Source of the DNA: a bacterium
GTDB taxonomy: Bacteria > SM23-31
Length of the DNA stretch: 64,000 nucleotides
Assembly (NCBI GenBank): GCA_965221205.1
Contig: OZ244870.1
Span: 1,118,782 to 1,182,781, forward strand
Direction: 5' to 3'
The notes under the pieces were generated by a model that did not search any database, had not been told where the DNA came from, and saw only the letters and a program-made list of their open reading frames with translations. The position numbers and the translations under genes were made by a program. Positions 1 to 10,453 of the stretch are shown in pieces; position 1 is the first letter of the stretch; each line of letters starts with the position of its first letter.

Positions 1-1119
1 GGAAATGTCCGTCAGATCAAGCGTGCTTCAAACCTCATAAAAAATGCGCAGCGGCCAGTGTTCTATGTCGGTGGCGGTGTCATTAATGCAAATGCCACCG
101 AAGAATTGAAAGCAGTCATCGAAAAAAGTTCTGTTCCGATTACGACAACCTTGCTCGGTCTTGGTGCTTTTCCCGAAAGTTCTCCGCTTGCACTGGGAAT
201 GCTCGGAATGCACGGAACATGGTATGCGAATACGGCAGTCGATCAATGTGATCTGCTTATTGCGGTCGGAGCCAGGTTTGATGACAGAATTACCGGAAGG
301 CTTGATAAATTTTCACAAGGATCGAAAAAAATTCACATTGACATCGATCCGTCTTGTATTGGTAAAAATGTTCCGGTTGATGTGCCGATTGTGGGCGATG
401 CAAAGAAGATTTTGGCAACGTTAGTCGATTACATTGAAAAACCGGATATAGCAGATTGGAAAGTAACGATTGACAAATGGAAAGAAGAGCATCCGCTTAC
501 ATGTGACCAAACTGGTGATGAAATCTTACCCCAGTATATGGTTAGAAAAATTTCAGAGGTGACAAAAGGTGAGGCAATCGTTGTAACCGATGTTGGCCAG
601 CATCAGATGTGGACGGCCCAGCACTACACCTTTAATCATCCCCGGTCGCATATAACATCGGGCGGTTTGGGATCAATGGGCTTCGGATTCCCGGCAGCAT
701 TGGGGGCCGCAGTCGGCCGTCCTGACAGGACGGTTGTCTGCATTACCGGTGATGCAGGATTTCAGATGAGCATGTACGAACTGGCTACCGCCGTTCATTA
801 TAAAATACCAGTCATTATTGCAATAATGAACAACGGATACCTTGGTATGGTGAGGCAGTGGCAGGAGCTGTTCTTCGGCTGCCGTTACTCACATTCCGAT
901 CTCGATCAGAGCAATCCTGATTTTGTGAAACTTGCCGAAAGCTTCGGAGCGGTCGGTATGCGAGTCTCAAAACCGGACGAACTGGAAGGTTTTCTGAAGA
1001 AAGCATTAAAAGTAAAAGACAAGCCGGTTGTTCTCGATATCGTTGTGAAACGAGAAGAGAACTGTTATCCAATGATACCGGCGGGTGGTGCTGCGGCCGA
1101 TATGGTTGAAAATGATTAG
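1..1119 (+). CDS. ilvB: Acetolactate synthase large subunit, 3' portion; the gene begins upstream of the window and the reading frame is open from position 1
   Basis: In-frame translation from nt 1 gives GNVRQIKRASNLIKNAQRPVFYVGGGV. It has a ThDP-enzyme C-terminal region (GLGSMGFGFPAALGAA, ITGDAGFQM, NNGYLGMVRQWQ) and sits at the head of the ilv/leu operon. Confidence 0.9.
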   Translation, partial: GNVRQIKRASNLIKNAQRPVFYVGGGVINANATEELKAVIEKSSVPITTTLLGLGAFPESSPLALGMLGMHGTWYANTAVDQCDLLIAVGARFDDRITGRLDKFSQGSKKIHIDIDPSCIGKNVPVDVPIVGDAKKILATLVDYIEKPDIADWKVTIDKWKEEHPLTCDQTGDEILPQYMVRKISEVTKGEAIVVTDVGQHQMWTAQHYTFNHPRSHITSGGLGSMGFGFPAALGAAVGRPDRTVVCITGDAGFQMSMYELATAVHYKIPVIIAIMNNGYLGMVRQWQELFFGCRYSHSDLDQSNPDFVKLAESFGAVGMRVSKPDELEGFLKKALKVKDKPVVLDIVVKREENCYPMIPAGGAAADMVEND

Positions 1120-1165
1120 CGAATAAATTGACAGTTATACAATATGAAAATGTGGAGCGGACAAC

Positions 1166-1672
1166 GTGAAACATACAATATCATTATTAGTTGAGCAGCA
1201 GTTCAATGCCCTCGCCCGGATAATCGGGATGTTTACCGGACGAGGTTTCGAAATTGACAGCATCTGTTTCGGTACTGCAGAAGAACCCGGAATCACCCGC
1301 GTAACATTGACAACATCGGGCGATGAGAGAATTATTGAGCAGATCACAAAACAGCTGCATAAACTCGTGGATGTCATCAAGGTTGTCGATTTGACCTACG
1401 AGCCTTATGTAGAGCGTGAGCTTGCGTTGATTAAGGTTTCCGCAAATCAGAAAAACCGCCTCGAGATCATGCAGGTTGTCGATGTGTTTCGGGGTACTAT
1501 TATCGACATCAGTCAAAATTCACTAACGATAGAAATAACCGGAAAAGCCGACAAAGTCAATGCGGCTACTAAAATGCTCGATCAGTTCGGACTCCTTGAA
1601 GTTGCACGTACCGGGAGTGTTGCATTGAAGAGAGAATATCAGGAAATGAAACTTAAAGAAAAAGCAGGATAA
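1166..1672 (+). CDS. ilvN: Acetolactate synthase small (regulatory) subunit with ACT domain
   Basis: 168 aa, about the usual size, immediately downstream of ilvB. ACT-like motif ISLLVEQQFNALARIIGMFTGRGFEIDSI and C-terminal AHAS small-subunit domain. Confidence 0.85.
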   Translation: MKHTISLLVEQQFNALARIIGMFTGRGFEIDSICFGTAEEPGITRVTLTTSGDERIIEQITKQLHKLVDVIKVVDLTYEPYVERELALIKVSANQKNRLEIMQVVDVFRGTIIDISQNSLTIEITGKADKVNAATKMLDQFGLLEVARTGSVALKREYQEMKLKEKAG

Positions 1673-1691
1673 ACAAGAGGAGTAACATAGT

Positions 1692-2690
1692 ATGAAATTG
1701 TATTACGAATCCGATGCAGATTTAGGGATACTCGACGGAAAAACAACCGCTATAATCGGGTACGGAAGTCAGGGACACGCCCACGCACTGAATCTGAAAG
1801 ACAGTGGTGCGAGTGTTGTTGTCAGTGATCTGAAGGGAACACCGAACTGGAAAAAAGCTGAAGAAGACGGCTGGAATATTATGGAAGTTGCCGAAGCTGC
1901 AAAACAGGCGGACATCATCTTGATTCTGGTGCCAGACCAATATCAGGCCGACCTGTTCGAAAACGAAATAAAACCGCACCTCGAACTTGGAAATTCTCTG
2001 GTGTTTGCGCACGGATTTAATATCCATTACAAAGGAATTGACCCTCCTAAGGATATCGATGTCTACATGATTGCACCGAAAGGACCGGGACATCTGGTAC
2101 GGCGTGTTTATCAGGAAGGTGGCGGTGTGCCGAGCCTGATCGCAATATATCAGGACTTTACCGGTGACGCAAAAAAGAAAGCGCTTGCCCATGCAAAAGG
2201 TATTGGCGCCACACGTGCCGGTGTGATCGAAACGACATTTAAAGAGGAAACAGAGACGGATTTATTCGGTGAGCAGACTGTCCTGTGCGGCGGTGTAACG
2301 GAGCTCGTCAAAGCCGGATTTCAGACACTCGTCGACGCCGGATATCAGCCGGAAATCTGCTATTTCGAATGTCTTCATGAATTGAAACTTATCGTCGATC
2401 TTTTCTACGAAGGCGGCATCACAGGCATGTATTATTCAGTAAGCGATACAGCTGAATACGGCGGAATGGCAAAGGGAACGGATGTTGTCAATGACGATAC
2501 AAAAGCCCGCATGAAAGTAATACTCGAAAAAGTTCAGAATGGTTCGTTTGCGAGAGAATGGATTAAGGAGAGTAAAGACGGCCTTCCGAATCTCAAAAAA
2601 CTCCGTAAAGAGCACGATGAGCTTTTGATAGAAAAAGTTGGCAAAGAACTCAGACCCATGATGTCATGGATCAAAGATAAGGATAAATAG
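1692..2690 (+). CDS. ilvC: Ketol-acid reductoisomerase (class I, short form)
   Basis: 332 aa with Rossmann N-terminus [20 protein letters not shown] and conserved KARI motifs ([24 protein letters not shown]). Confidence 0.92.
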   Translation: MKLYYESDADLGILDGKTTAIIGYGSQGHAHALNLKDSGASVVVSDLKGTPNWKKAEEDGWNIMEVAEAAKQADIILILVPDQYQADLFENEIKPHLELGNSLVFAHGFNIHYKGIDPPKDIDVYMIAPKGPGHLVRRVYQEGGGVPSLIAIYQDFTGDAKKKALAHAKGIGATRAGVIETTFKEETETDLFGEQTVLCGGVTELVKAGFQTLVDAGYQPEICYFECLHELKLIVDLFYEGGITGMYYSVSDTAEYGGMAKGTDVVNDDTKARMKVILEKVQNGSFAREWIKESKDGLPNLKKLRKEHDELLIEKVGKELRPMMSWIKDKDK

Positions 2691-2694
2691 AGTC

Positions 2695-4317
2695 ATGCCT
2701 GATAAAAAAATTGAATTATTTGATACCACACTCCGTGACGGCACGCAGGGAGAACGGGTCTCTTTTTCTGTTGAAGATAAAATACACATCGCGCAACGGC
2801 TCGACGATTTCAGTATGGATTTCATCGAAGGAGGCTGGCCGGGATCGAATCCACGAGATATTAATTTTTTCAAGAGTACCAAGAGCAAAAGCTTCAAACA
2901 TGCGAAAATAGTGGCATTCGGAAGCACCCGGCACAAATCAAACCGTGCAGATAGCGATCCGAATCTCAAAGCGATGCTTGAAGCAGAAACTCCAGCAGTT
3001 TCGATTTTCGGAAAGTCATGGCTTCTCCATGTCGAAACAGCGCTCAAAGTTGATCCGGAAGAGAATTTGAAGATGATTGAAGAGTCGGTCGGTTTCATCC
3101 GTTCTGAAGGCAGAGATGTTATCTATGACGCTGAGCATTTTTTTGACGGGTATAAATCGAATTCTGACTATGCGATCAAAACACTTGCTGCAGCCGAGCG
3201 TGGAGGAGCGTATGTCCTCGTGCTCTGTGATACAAATGGTGGTTCTTCGCCGTTTGAGATAGCGGATATAGTGGCAACGGTCAAAAAGAAACTTTCCACA
3301 CCGCTCGGAATTCATACACATAACGATTCCGGTCTGGCTGTGGCTAACACGCTGTACGCGGTCGAAAACGGTGCAGTGCATGTTCAGGGTACGGTCAACG
3401 GATACGGAGAACGGTGCGGGAATGCAAACCTTTGCACAATCATACCGAATCTTCAGTTGAAAATGGGATATAAATGTGTTTCGGAGAAAAAAATGGCGAA
3501 ACTGACATCGTTGTCGCGTTATGTTAGTGAGATCGCCAATATTACCCATGCGCGGAACCTCCCGTTTGTTGGAAAAAGCGCCTTCGCTCACAAAGGTGGT
3601 ATACATGTGAGCGGTGTGATGCGCGATTCGCGTACCTACGAACATATTGAGCCTGAAACAGTCGGAAACGAACGGAGAGTATTGGTATCAGATCTTTCAG
3701 GAAAGAGCAATATTCAGTTCAAATCGGGAGAGCTGGGCATCGATCTGTCGAAACATCAGGATAAAATTCCAAAGATTATTGAACATCTCAAAGAACTTGA
3801 ACATGCTGGTTATTCATACGAAGCGGCAGAAGGTTCGCTCGAATTGCTTGTCCGGCAGATTACCGGTGAATGGCGGAAATTTTTCGAATTGTGTGGATTC
3901 AGGATTCTGGTCGAAAAAGACGAATCGGGTGAGCCCCGATCGGAAGCCACCATACGAATAAAGGTAGACGGCATCCCGGAGCACGTTGCAGCCGAAGGCA
4001 ACGGACCGGTCCATGCGCTTGATTGCGCACTGCGGAAAACGCTCATTAATTTCTACCCTGAAATTCAAAATATGAGTCTTTTCGATTATAAAGTCCGTGT
4101 TCTGAACCAAAAAAGCGGCACACAGTCCATCGTACGGGTACTCATCGAATTCAAAGCCGATACGCTTTCGTGGAGTACCGTCGGCGTCTCTGAAAATATA
4201 ATCGAGGCAAGCTGGCAGGCTTTGACTGATGGATACTCTTATTTTCTGCTTAAGAACAAGGACATTCACTATACAAGAAAAGTGGGAAAAAAACAAAAAA
4301 ATAAGGAAGTACACTAG
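2695..4317 (+). CDS. cimA: LeuA-family aldolase of the citramalate-synthase (CimA, LeuA-related) type, with C-terminal LeuA-dimer/regulatory domain
   Basis: 540 aa. N-terminus [15 protein letters not shown]. HxH metal site IHTHNDSGLAVANT. Long C-terminal domain. It sits between ilvC and leuA in the operon. The CimA versus LeuA assignment is inferred from length and N-terminal style only. Confidence 0.7.
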   Translation: MPDKKIELFDTTLRDGTQGERVSFSVEDKIHIAQRLDDFSMDFIEGGWPGSNPRDINFFKSTKSKSFKHAKIVAFGSTRHKSNRADSDPNLKAMLEAETPAVSIFGKSWLLHVETALKVDPEENLKMIEESVGFIRSEGRDVIYDAEHFFDGYKSNSDYAIKTLAAAERGGAYVLVLCDTNGGSSPFEIADIVATVKKKLSTPLGIHTHNDSGLAVANTLYAVENGAVHVQGTVNGYGERCGNANLCTIIPNLQLKMGYKCVSEKKMAKLTSLSRYVSEIANITHARNLPFVGKSAFAHKGGIHVSGVMRDSRTYEHIEPETVGNERRVLVSDLSGKSNIQFKSGELGIDLSKHQDKIPKIIEHLKELEHAGYSYEAAEGSLELLVRQITGEWRKFFELCGFRILVEKDESGEPRSEATIRIKVDGIPEHVAAEGNGPVHALDCALRKTLINFYPEIQNMSLFDYKVRVLNQKSGTQSIVRVLIEFKADTLSWSTVGVSENIIEASWQALTDGYSYFLLKNKDIHYTRKVGKKQKNKEVH

Positions 4318-4408
4318 AACTCATCAGCCGGGAATACAAAGTCGAAACTATTTTTACACAATAAGTATTCAACATGATGAGCATCCACGCATGTAAGGGG
4401 TAGCAAAC

Positions 4409-5587
4409 ATGAAGGATAAAGTATTAATATTCGATACTACGTTGAGAGATGGCGAACAATCTCCCGGATTCAGTATGAATCTCGAAGAAAAAACCCGTCT
4501 TGCCCGGCAGTTGGAAAAACTGAATGTCGATATTGTCGAAGCAGGATTTCCAATAGCATCCGATGGTGATTTTCAGGCAGTTCAGGAGGTTTCAAATACA
4601 GTAAGTACCTGTGCTGTTGCTGGATTAAGCAGAACAAAAAAGGGTGATATTGAGCGTGCATGGGAAGCACTGCAGCACGCGAAACATCCACGCATCCACA
4701 CTTTTATCGCAACATCGGATATCCATTTGAAATATAAATTGAGAAAATCCAGGGACGAAGTTATTAACAATGTCGGAGAGGGTGTCCGGCTGGCGAAGAG
4801 TCTCTGTGATGAGGTGGAGTATTCGGCAGAGGATGCCTCACGGAGTGACCGCGATTATCTGTGTCGAGTCCTTGAAACAGCGATAGAAGCCGGTGCCGAT
4901 ATTCTGAATATTCCCGACACTGTTGGCTATACCACCCCGTGGGAGTACGGAAGCCTGATTAAATATATTACTGAAAACACAAAAGATATCGACAAAGCGA
5001 TTATAAGCGTCCATTGCCACAACGATCTCGGTCTTGCAGTCGCAAACTCCCTTGCAGGCGTCCAGAACGGAGCACGGCAAATCGAGTGTACCATGAATGG
5101 TATCGGCGAACGTGCGGGAAATGCTTCTCTCGAGGAACTCGTAATGGTCATGGAGACTCGGCAGCAGGAATTCGACTGCGGAACAGAAGTCAATGCGGGA
5201 GAAATTTTTCCAACGAGTGAGTTGCTTGCTGAAATCACCGGCATCGGTGTACAACCGAACAAGGCAATTGTCGGGAGCAATGCCTTTGCCCACGAAGCAG
5301 GAATACATCAGGACGGTGTGCTGAAAAATCCGTTGACGTATGAAATTATGACACCGCAGTCAGTCGGAGTTCCGAGCAACAAACTGGTAATAGGCAAGCA
5401 CTCCGGAAGACATGCCATCAGTGCAAAATTGCAGGGAATGGGATTCAATCTGACAGACGAAATGCTGAATGTAATCTATAAAGAAGTGATGAAACTGTCA
5501 GATGCAAAAAAGATTGTGCATGACGGAGAATTAAAAAATATTGCGACCGATGTTGTAATGGATAATAAAAAAACAATCGGAATGTAA
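4409..5587 (+). CDS. leuA: 2-isopropylmalate synthase, short form lacking the C-terminal allosteric domain
   Basis: 392 aa. N-terminus [15 protein letters not shown], then [16 protein letters not shown]. It ends soon after subdomain I, so no LeuA_dimer domain is present. Confidence 0.75.
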   Translation: MKDKVLIFDTTLRDGEQSPGFSMNLEEKTRLARQLEKLNVDIVEAGFPIASDGDFQAVQEVSNTVSTCAVAGLSRTKKGDIERAWEALQHAKHPRIHTFIATSDIHLKYKLRKSRDEVINNVGEGVRLAKSLCDEVEYSAEDASRSDRDYLCRVLETAIEAGADILNIPDTVGYTTPWEYGSLIKYITENTKDIDKAIISVHCHNDLGLAVANSLAGVQNGARQIECTMNGIGERAGNASLEELVMVMETRQQEFDCGTEVNAGEIFPTSELLAEITGIGVQPNKAIVGSNAFAHEAGIHQDGVLKNPLTYEIMTPQSVGVPSNKLVIGKHSGRHAISAKLQGMGFNLTDEMLNVIYKEVMKLSDAKKIVHDGELKNIATDVVMDNKKTIGM

Positions 5588-5841
5588 ATTATTCCTCTCT
5601 TGCATCACTATTACAACCGCATTAGATCGCTGAGGATATCAAGCGTATTGATCCATCAGTAACTATATTCAAGAACAACTTCGTCCAACTTATATACCAC
5701 CAGAAACGTAACTTACATTTTGATTTTCTGCGTATAGTTCAGTATTTTAGTATGCTTTACTAATTGAAGTCCGGATGTGTTCTCCTGATTTTATTTCAGG
5801 GACTAGTAACGAAATGATTTTCAATCTATAAATATCGGAAT

Positions 5842-7245
5842 ATGAAAATGAGTAAGAATCTTTTCAACAAAGTGTGGGACCTCCATACGGTTATTAAGCT
5901 TGATTCTGGCCAGACGCAGCTTTTTGTCGGATTGCACCTCATCCATGAGGTGACATCACCGCAGGCATTTCAGATGCTCCGGGAACGCAATCTGGAAGTC
6001 CTCTATCCGGAGCGGACTTTTGCAACTGTCGATCATATTGTACCGACAACCTCGGTGAAGCGCCCCTATACCGACAGTCTTGCAGAAGAGATGATTGAGG
6101 CGATCGAATCAAATACAAACGAATTCGGCATCCGGTTTTTCAGTGTTGAATCGGGAGAGCAGGGGATTGTCCACGTGATCGGGCCTGAACTGGGTTTGAC
6201 CCAGCCGGGAATGATCGTGACATGTGGCGATTCTCACACGGCAACTCATGGCGCGTTCGGTGCCATTGCATTCGGTATTGGGACATCACAAGTTCGTGAT
6301 GTACTTGCAACCCAGTCGATTATAATGAATAAAATGAAAGTCCGGAAAATCTCGGTAAACGGGACCCTTGGTAACGGCATCTATGCAAAAGATATTATTA
6401 TTAAAATCATAGAGAAACTCGGAGTGAACGGCGGCATCGGCCATGCTTATGAATATGCTGGAACCGCAATTGATCAGCTCAACATGGAAGAGCGGATGAC
6501 CATCTGCAATATGAGTATTGAAGGTGGTGCGCGCTGTGGCTATGTCAATCCCGACCAGACAACATTCGATTATATCAAAGGCAGAAAATATGCTCCGAAA
6601 GGTGAAGCATTCGATTCAGCCGTCTCATTCTGGGAATCGATTGCATCGGATTCGGATGCTCACTTCGATGCTGAAGTGACGTTCGATGCTGAAGAGATCG
6701 AACCGATGGTAACCTGGGGTATCAATCCGGGACAGGCTATTCCGGTATCACAGAAAATGCCGCGGCTCGACAATCTGGACATTAATGAGAGAGAGACTGC
6801 AGAGCTCGCCTATAAACATATGGGATTCGATGAAGGCCAAGCAATTAAGGGTGTCTCGATCGATGTTGCGTTTATCGGTTCGTGCACCAACAGCCGGATT
6901 TCCGATCTTCGGGAAGCCGCGAGAATAGTCGAGGGGAATAAAGTCAATCCAAATGTACAGGCGCTGGTTGTTCCGGGATCGATTAAAGTGAAAGAACAAG
7001 CTGTCGAAGAAGGCCTCGACAAAATTTTTAGTGATGCCGGATTTGAATGGCGCGAAGCTGGTTGCTCCATGTGTTTAGCGATGAATCCCGACAAACTCCA
7101 GGGGCGTGAACTGAGCGCTTCGTCGTCAAATAGAAATTTTATCGGCCGGCAGGGATCGCCAGTCGGAAGAACACTGCTTATGAGTCCTGCTATGGTAGCA
7201 GCGGCAGCATTACAAGGTGAGGTAGTCGATGTCCGAGAGTTTTAA
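5842..7245 (+). CDS. leuC: 3-isopropylmalate dehydratase large subunit (aconitase fold)
   Basis: 467 aa with aconitase-family motifs (VTCGDSHT, Cys ligands in GSCTNSR and GCSMCL). Confidence 0.92.
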   Translation: MKMSKNLFNKVWDLHTVIKLDSGQTQLFVGLHLIHEVTSPQAFQMLRERNLEVLYPERTFATVDHIVPTTSVKRPYTDSLAEEMIEAIESNTNEFGIRFFSVESGEQGIVHVIGPELGLTQPGMIVTCGDSHTATHGAFGAIAFGIGTSQVRDVLATQSIIMNKMKVRKISVNGTLGNGIYAKDIIIKIIEKLGVNGGIGHAYEYAGTAIDQLNMEERMTICNMSIEGGARCGYVNPDQTTFDYIKGRKYAPKGEAFDSAVSFWESIASDSDAHFDAEVTFDAEEIEPMVTWGINPGQAIPVSQKMPRLDNLDINERETAELAYKHMGFDEGQAIKGVSIDVAFIGSCTNSRISDLREAARIVEGNKVNPNVQALVVPGSIKVKEQAVEEGLDKIFSDAGFEWREAGCSMCLAMNPDKLQGRELSASSSNRNFIGRQGSPVGRTLLMSPAMVAAAALQGEVVDVREF

Positions 7246-7834
7246 AATTCCACAGGTTAAGGGAACGGCAGTTCCTGTTCGCGGTAACGATATTGATACC
7301 GACCGGATTATTCCGGCACGGTATCTGAAATGTGTGACCTTTGATGGACTGGGTGAATTTGCATTCTATGATATCCGCTATGATGAGAATAAAAATCCAA
7401 TGGATCACCCTTTTAATGATGAACGTTATAAAGGGAGTTCTCTCCTTCTTGTCAATAAGAATTTCGGCTGCGGTTCATCCCGAGAACATGCTCCGCAAGC
7501 ACTGCTCCGCTTCGGTATTAAAGCAATAATCGGAGAGAGTTTTGCCGAAATTTTCGTTGGAAATTGCACAACGCTCGGTGTTCCAGCGGTCACAGCAGCA
7601 TATAATGAAATTGATAATCTGATGCAGTATATTGAATCGCATCCTGATACACAGGTTTCCCTCAATCTGGAAACGAAATTGGTCAGCTATGATAGTACAG
7701 AACTTTCGGTGGACTTGCCGGAACCGTCCCGTCTCGTGCTGGTTGAAGGAACATGGGATTCAACAGCACAGCTGATCGGTAATAAGGAACAAATTGCGGA
7801 AACCGCGGAAAAAATCCCATACCTAAACTGGTAA
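7229..7834 (+). CDS. leuD: 3-isopropylmalate dehydratase small subunit
   Basis: 201 aa, overlaps the leuC stop and has an aconitase swivel-domain sequence ([17 protein letters not shown]). Confidence 0.9.
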   Translation: MSESFKIPQVKGTAVPVRGNDIDTDRIIPARYLKCVTFDGLGEFAFYDIRYDENKNPMDHPFNDERYKGSSLLLVNKNFGCGSSREHAPQALLRFGIKAIIGESFAEIFVGNCTTLGVPAVTAAYNEIDNLMQYIESHPDTQVSLNLETKLVSYDSTELSVDLPEPSRLVLVEGTWDSTAQLIGNKEQIAETAEKIPYLNW

Positions 7835-8032
7835 CAATATAGTTTTTCATAGTATAAGATTTATTAAATAAATTTTTCTTTATGTCATTTCGACCGGAGT
7901 CCCGATTTCAATCGGGCAAGAGTGGAGAAATCTCAACAATAATGCTGCTTATTTTCGTTAAAAAACCTCTACTAAAAATTTAAAAATACAAAATACTACT
8001 CAACTTACACGATTGACATTCGGAGGAAATGA

Positions 8033-9091
8033 ATGTATAAAATTGCAATTCTACCCGGTGACGGCACCGGACCGGAAGTGGTTGATGAAGCGGTCAAGGT
8101 TCTCGATGCTGTAGCACAAAAATTTAATTTTAAATATGAATCCGAATCATACGATTTTGGCGGTTACCGCTATTTGAGCACTGGTGAAATCCTGCCTGAT
8201 TCAGCAGTCGATGAACTGCGGCAATATGATGCAATTCTGCTGGGTGCAATCGGCCATCCCGATGTAAAACCAGGAATTCTCGAGAAAGGAATTCTGCTCC
8301 GGCTCAGATTCGAGCTTGACCAGTATATCAATCTCCGCCCGGTGAAGCTCTATCCCGGCGTCGAAACACCAATCAAGGACAAGGGTCCGGACGATATCGA
8401 TTTTGTCGTTGTTCGTGAAAATACTGGCGGTCTTTACACCGGTGTCGGTGGAATTTCAATGATTGGTACAAAAGACGAAATCGCTGTCCAGTCGATGGTG
8501 TATAATAGATTTCAGGTCGACCGCTGTCTCAAATATGCCTACGAATACACCAAAAAGCGGAAAAAAACCATGACGCTCGGCCTCTGCGGTAAGACAAATG
8601 TGCTGACTTATGTCTATGATCTGTGGGAACGTGCTTTCCATGAGATGGGTGAAAAGGATTATCCTGACATCAAACGAGATTACTACCATGTGGATGCTGT
8701 CACTATGTGGATGGTTAAAAACCCTGAGTGGTTCGATGTAATTGTTACCGGCAATATGTTCGGTGATATCATTACCGATCTCGGTGCTATGGTGCAGGGT
8801 GGTATGGGAATCGCTGCCGGCGGCAATATTAATCCTGAAGGAGTTTCGATGTTCGAACCAATCGGCGGTTCTGCTCCCAAATACACCAGACAAAATATCA
8901 TCAATCCACTTGCGGCAATATCATGTGTCGATATGATGCTCCGCCATCTCGGAGAAGATGGGGCAGGGAAAGCAGTTGAACAGGCCATTATGACAGTGAC
9001 AAAAGATAAATTGAAAAGTCTTGCTGCCGGCCGTATGGGTTATTCGACGACTGAAGTCGGTGATCTGGTTGCCGAAATTGCCGTGCAATAA
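8033..9091 (+). CDS. leuB: 3-isopropylmalate dehydrogenase
   Basis: 352 aa with isocitrate/isopropylmalate dehydrogenase signature (VRENTGGLYTG, NMFGDIITDLGAMVQGGMG). Confidence 0.9.
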   Translation: MYKIAILPGDGTGPEVVDEAVKVLDAVAQKFNFKYESESYDFGGYRYLSTGEILPDSAVDELRQYDAILLGAIGHPDVKPGILEKGILLRLRFELDQYINLRPVKLYPGVETPIKDKGPDDIDFVVVRENTGGLYTGVGGISMIGTKDEIAVQSMVYNRFQVDRCLKYAYEYTKKRKKTMTLGLCGKTNVLTYVYDLWERAFHEMGEKDYPDIKRDYYHVDAVTMWMVKNPEWFDVIVTGNMFGDIITDLGAMVQGGMGIAAGGNINPEGVSMFEPIGGSAPKYTRQNIINPLAAISCVDMMLRHLGEDGAGKAVEQAIMTVTKDKLKSLAAGRMGYSTTEVGDLVAEIAVQ

Positions 9092-9123
9092 ATCGTACTT
9101 TTAAAAGAGCAGGAGGTTCAAAA

Positions 9124-10107
9124 ATGCCTGACTGTAATACAATGAGCAATCCCTCACTGACACTGGAAGATTTTCACAATGCCCGTTCCCGGATATCGGA
9201 GAGTCTCCACTACACTCCCGTTCAGAGCGCAACATTGCTCGGCCGGGAAATGGGAATAGAACTTTTTCTCAAATGCGAAAATCTCCAAAAAACCGGTTCC
9301 TTCAAAGTGAGAGGAGTGCTGAATACCGTTCTCGGACTTGATTCTGGTGCCCGTGGCAATGGTGTTATCACTGTTTCTTCCGGAAACCATGCCCAAGCAC
9401 TTGCATGGGCGGCACAGAAAGCAGAAATCTCCTGCACCGTCGTCATGCCTGATTATGCACAGCAGACTAAAATCGATGCAAGTAAGGGATACGGTGCCAA
9501 AGTCATTCTGCACGACAGCATGATGACTCTCTTCGAACGGGCACACGCTATTGCCGAAGAGCGGAATCTCACTTTCATCCATCCGTTCGATGCAGAATCC
9601 GTCGTTGCCGGACACGGGACTGCCGGTCTCGAAATTCTCGAGCAGGTCGATGATATCGACGTTATCGTTGTTGCTGTTGGTGGTGGCGGTTTAATATCCG
9701 GCATTGCTACAGCTGTTAAACTCATCCATCCGAAAATAAAAATTTACGGTGTCGAGCCCGTCGGAGCAGATGCGATGCGCCGCAGTCTCGATGCCGGAAA
9801 AGCGGTGAAACTCGAACCTGTTGACACAATTGCCGACGGGCTCGCTGCCCCGCTTGCAGGAGAATTGAATTATGTTCTGGTTAAAGAGCATGTCGAGGAT
9901 GTTGTCCTCATTCAAGACAGTGCAATCATTGAAGCAATGAACCTCCTGTTGACATGGTGCAAACTGCTTGCTGAACCCGCAGGTGCCGCGCCGCTTGCAG
10001 CACTCCGTTCCGGTGTCATCCCCTTCAAAAAAAATGACAGAGTAGTCGTCGTTATAAGCGGCGGAAATATCGACGCAGATCGGCTTGCAACCTATCTATC
10101 TCAATGA
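9124..10107 (+). CDS. ilvA: Threonine dehydratase, short form (PLP fold-type II, no C-terminal ACT domains)
   Basis: 327 aa. PLP lysine motif SFKVRGVLN and glycine-rich loop VGGGGLISG. It terminates the ilv/leu operon. Confidence 0.8.
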   Translation: MPDCNTMSNPSLTLEDFHNARSRISESLHYTPVQSATLLGREMGIELFLKCENLQKTGSFKVRGVLNTVLGLDSGARGNGVITVSSGNHAQALAWAAQKAEISCTVVMPDYAQQTKIDASKGYGAKVILHDSMMTLFERAHAIAEERNLTFIHPFDAESVVAGHGTAGLEILEQVDDIDVIVVAVGGGGLISGIATAVKLIHPKIKIYGVEPVGADAMRRSLDAGKAVKLEPVDTIADGLAAPLAGELNYVLVKEHVEDVVLIQDSAIIEAMNLLLTWCKLLAEPAGAAPLAALRSGVIPFKKNDRVVVVISGGNIDADRLATYLSQ

Positions 10108-10453
10108 CTAGACACATCTTGTCCTGAATAATAACACAATCCCCATTCGGAATTTTAACTTGACTTCACTGTCTTAAATCCGTAAGTTCAACTTTATTTT
10201 TTTAATTCATGTATTACTTTTGCTCTCTTGAGTTTTCCTATTGAACCGCACATTATTATTGATTAATTAATATCGCAATGAAAAACATTTCGACCGAGGT
10301 TTCTGATTTTCTTAAGGAAAAATAGGGCATAAGCCATATTCCTTTTGCAAATAATCAGGATTATTTGTTAATGTAATCTCATTTTTATTAAAAATTATAT
10401 CAAACTTTTCCAGAGATTTAATAAGGAAAAAAGCAGAATAAATAGGGATCGCT

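Noticed and set aside
7902-7917. Small hairpin cccgatt-tc-aatcggg between leuD and leuB, considered as a terminator
   Set aside because: Tiny loop, short stem and no following T-run, and it lies inside an operon. It is not convincing as a rho-independent terminator.
815-9725. Numerous antisense or overlapping ORFs inside ilvB, ilvC, cimA, leuA, leuC, leuB and ilvA (for example 815-1174-, 1722-2192-, 3016-3645-, 8456-8893-, 9154-9615-)
   Set aside because: These are shadow ORFs within strongly conserved biosynthetic genes on the opposite strand or in alternate frames, with no independent support.
7881-10320. Shared motif catttcgaccg(g)ag(g)t in the intergenic DNA after leuD (~7885) and after ilvA (~10285), considered as a possible REP-like or regulatory repeat
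   Set aside because: The match is only about 11-14 nt. Several such exact matches are expected by chance in 64 kb, and there is no further flanking similarity.
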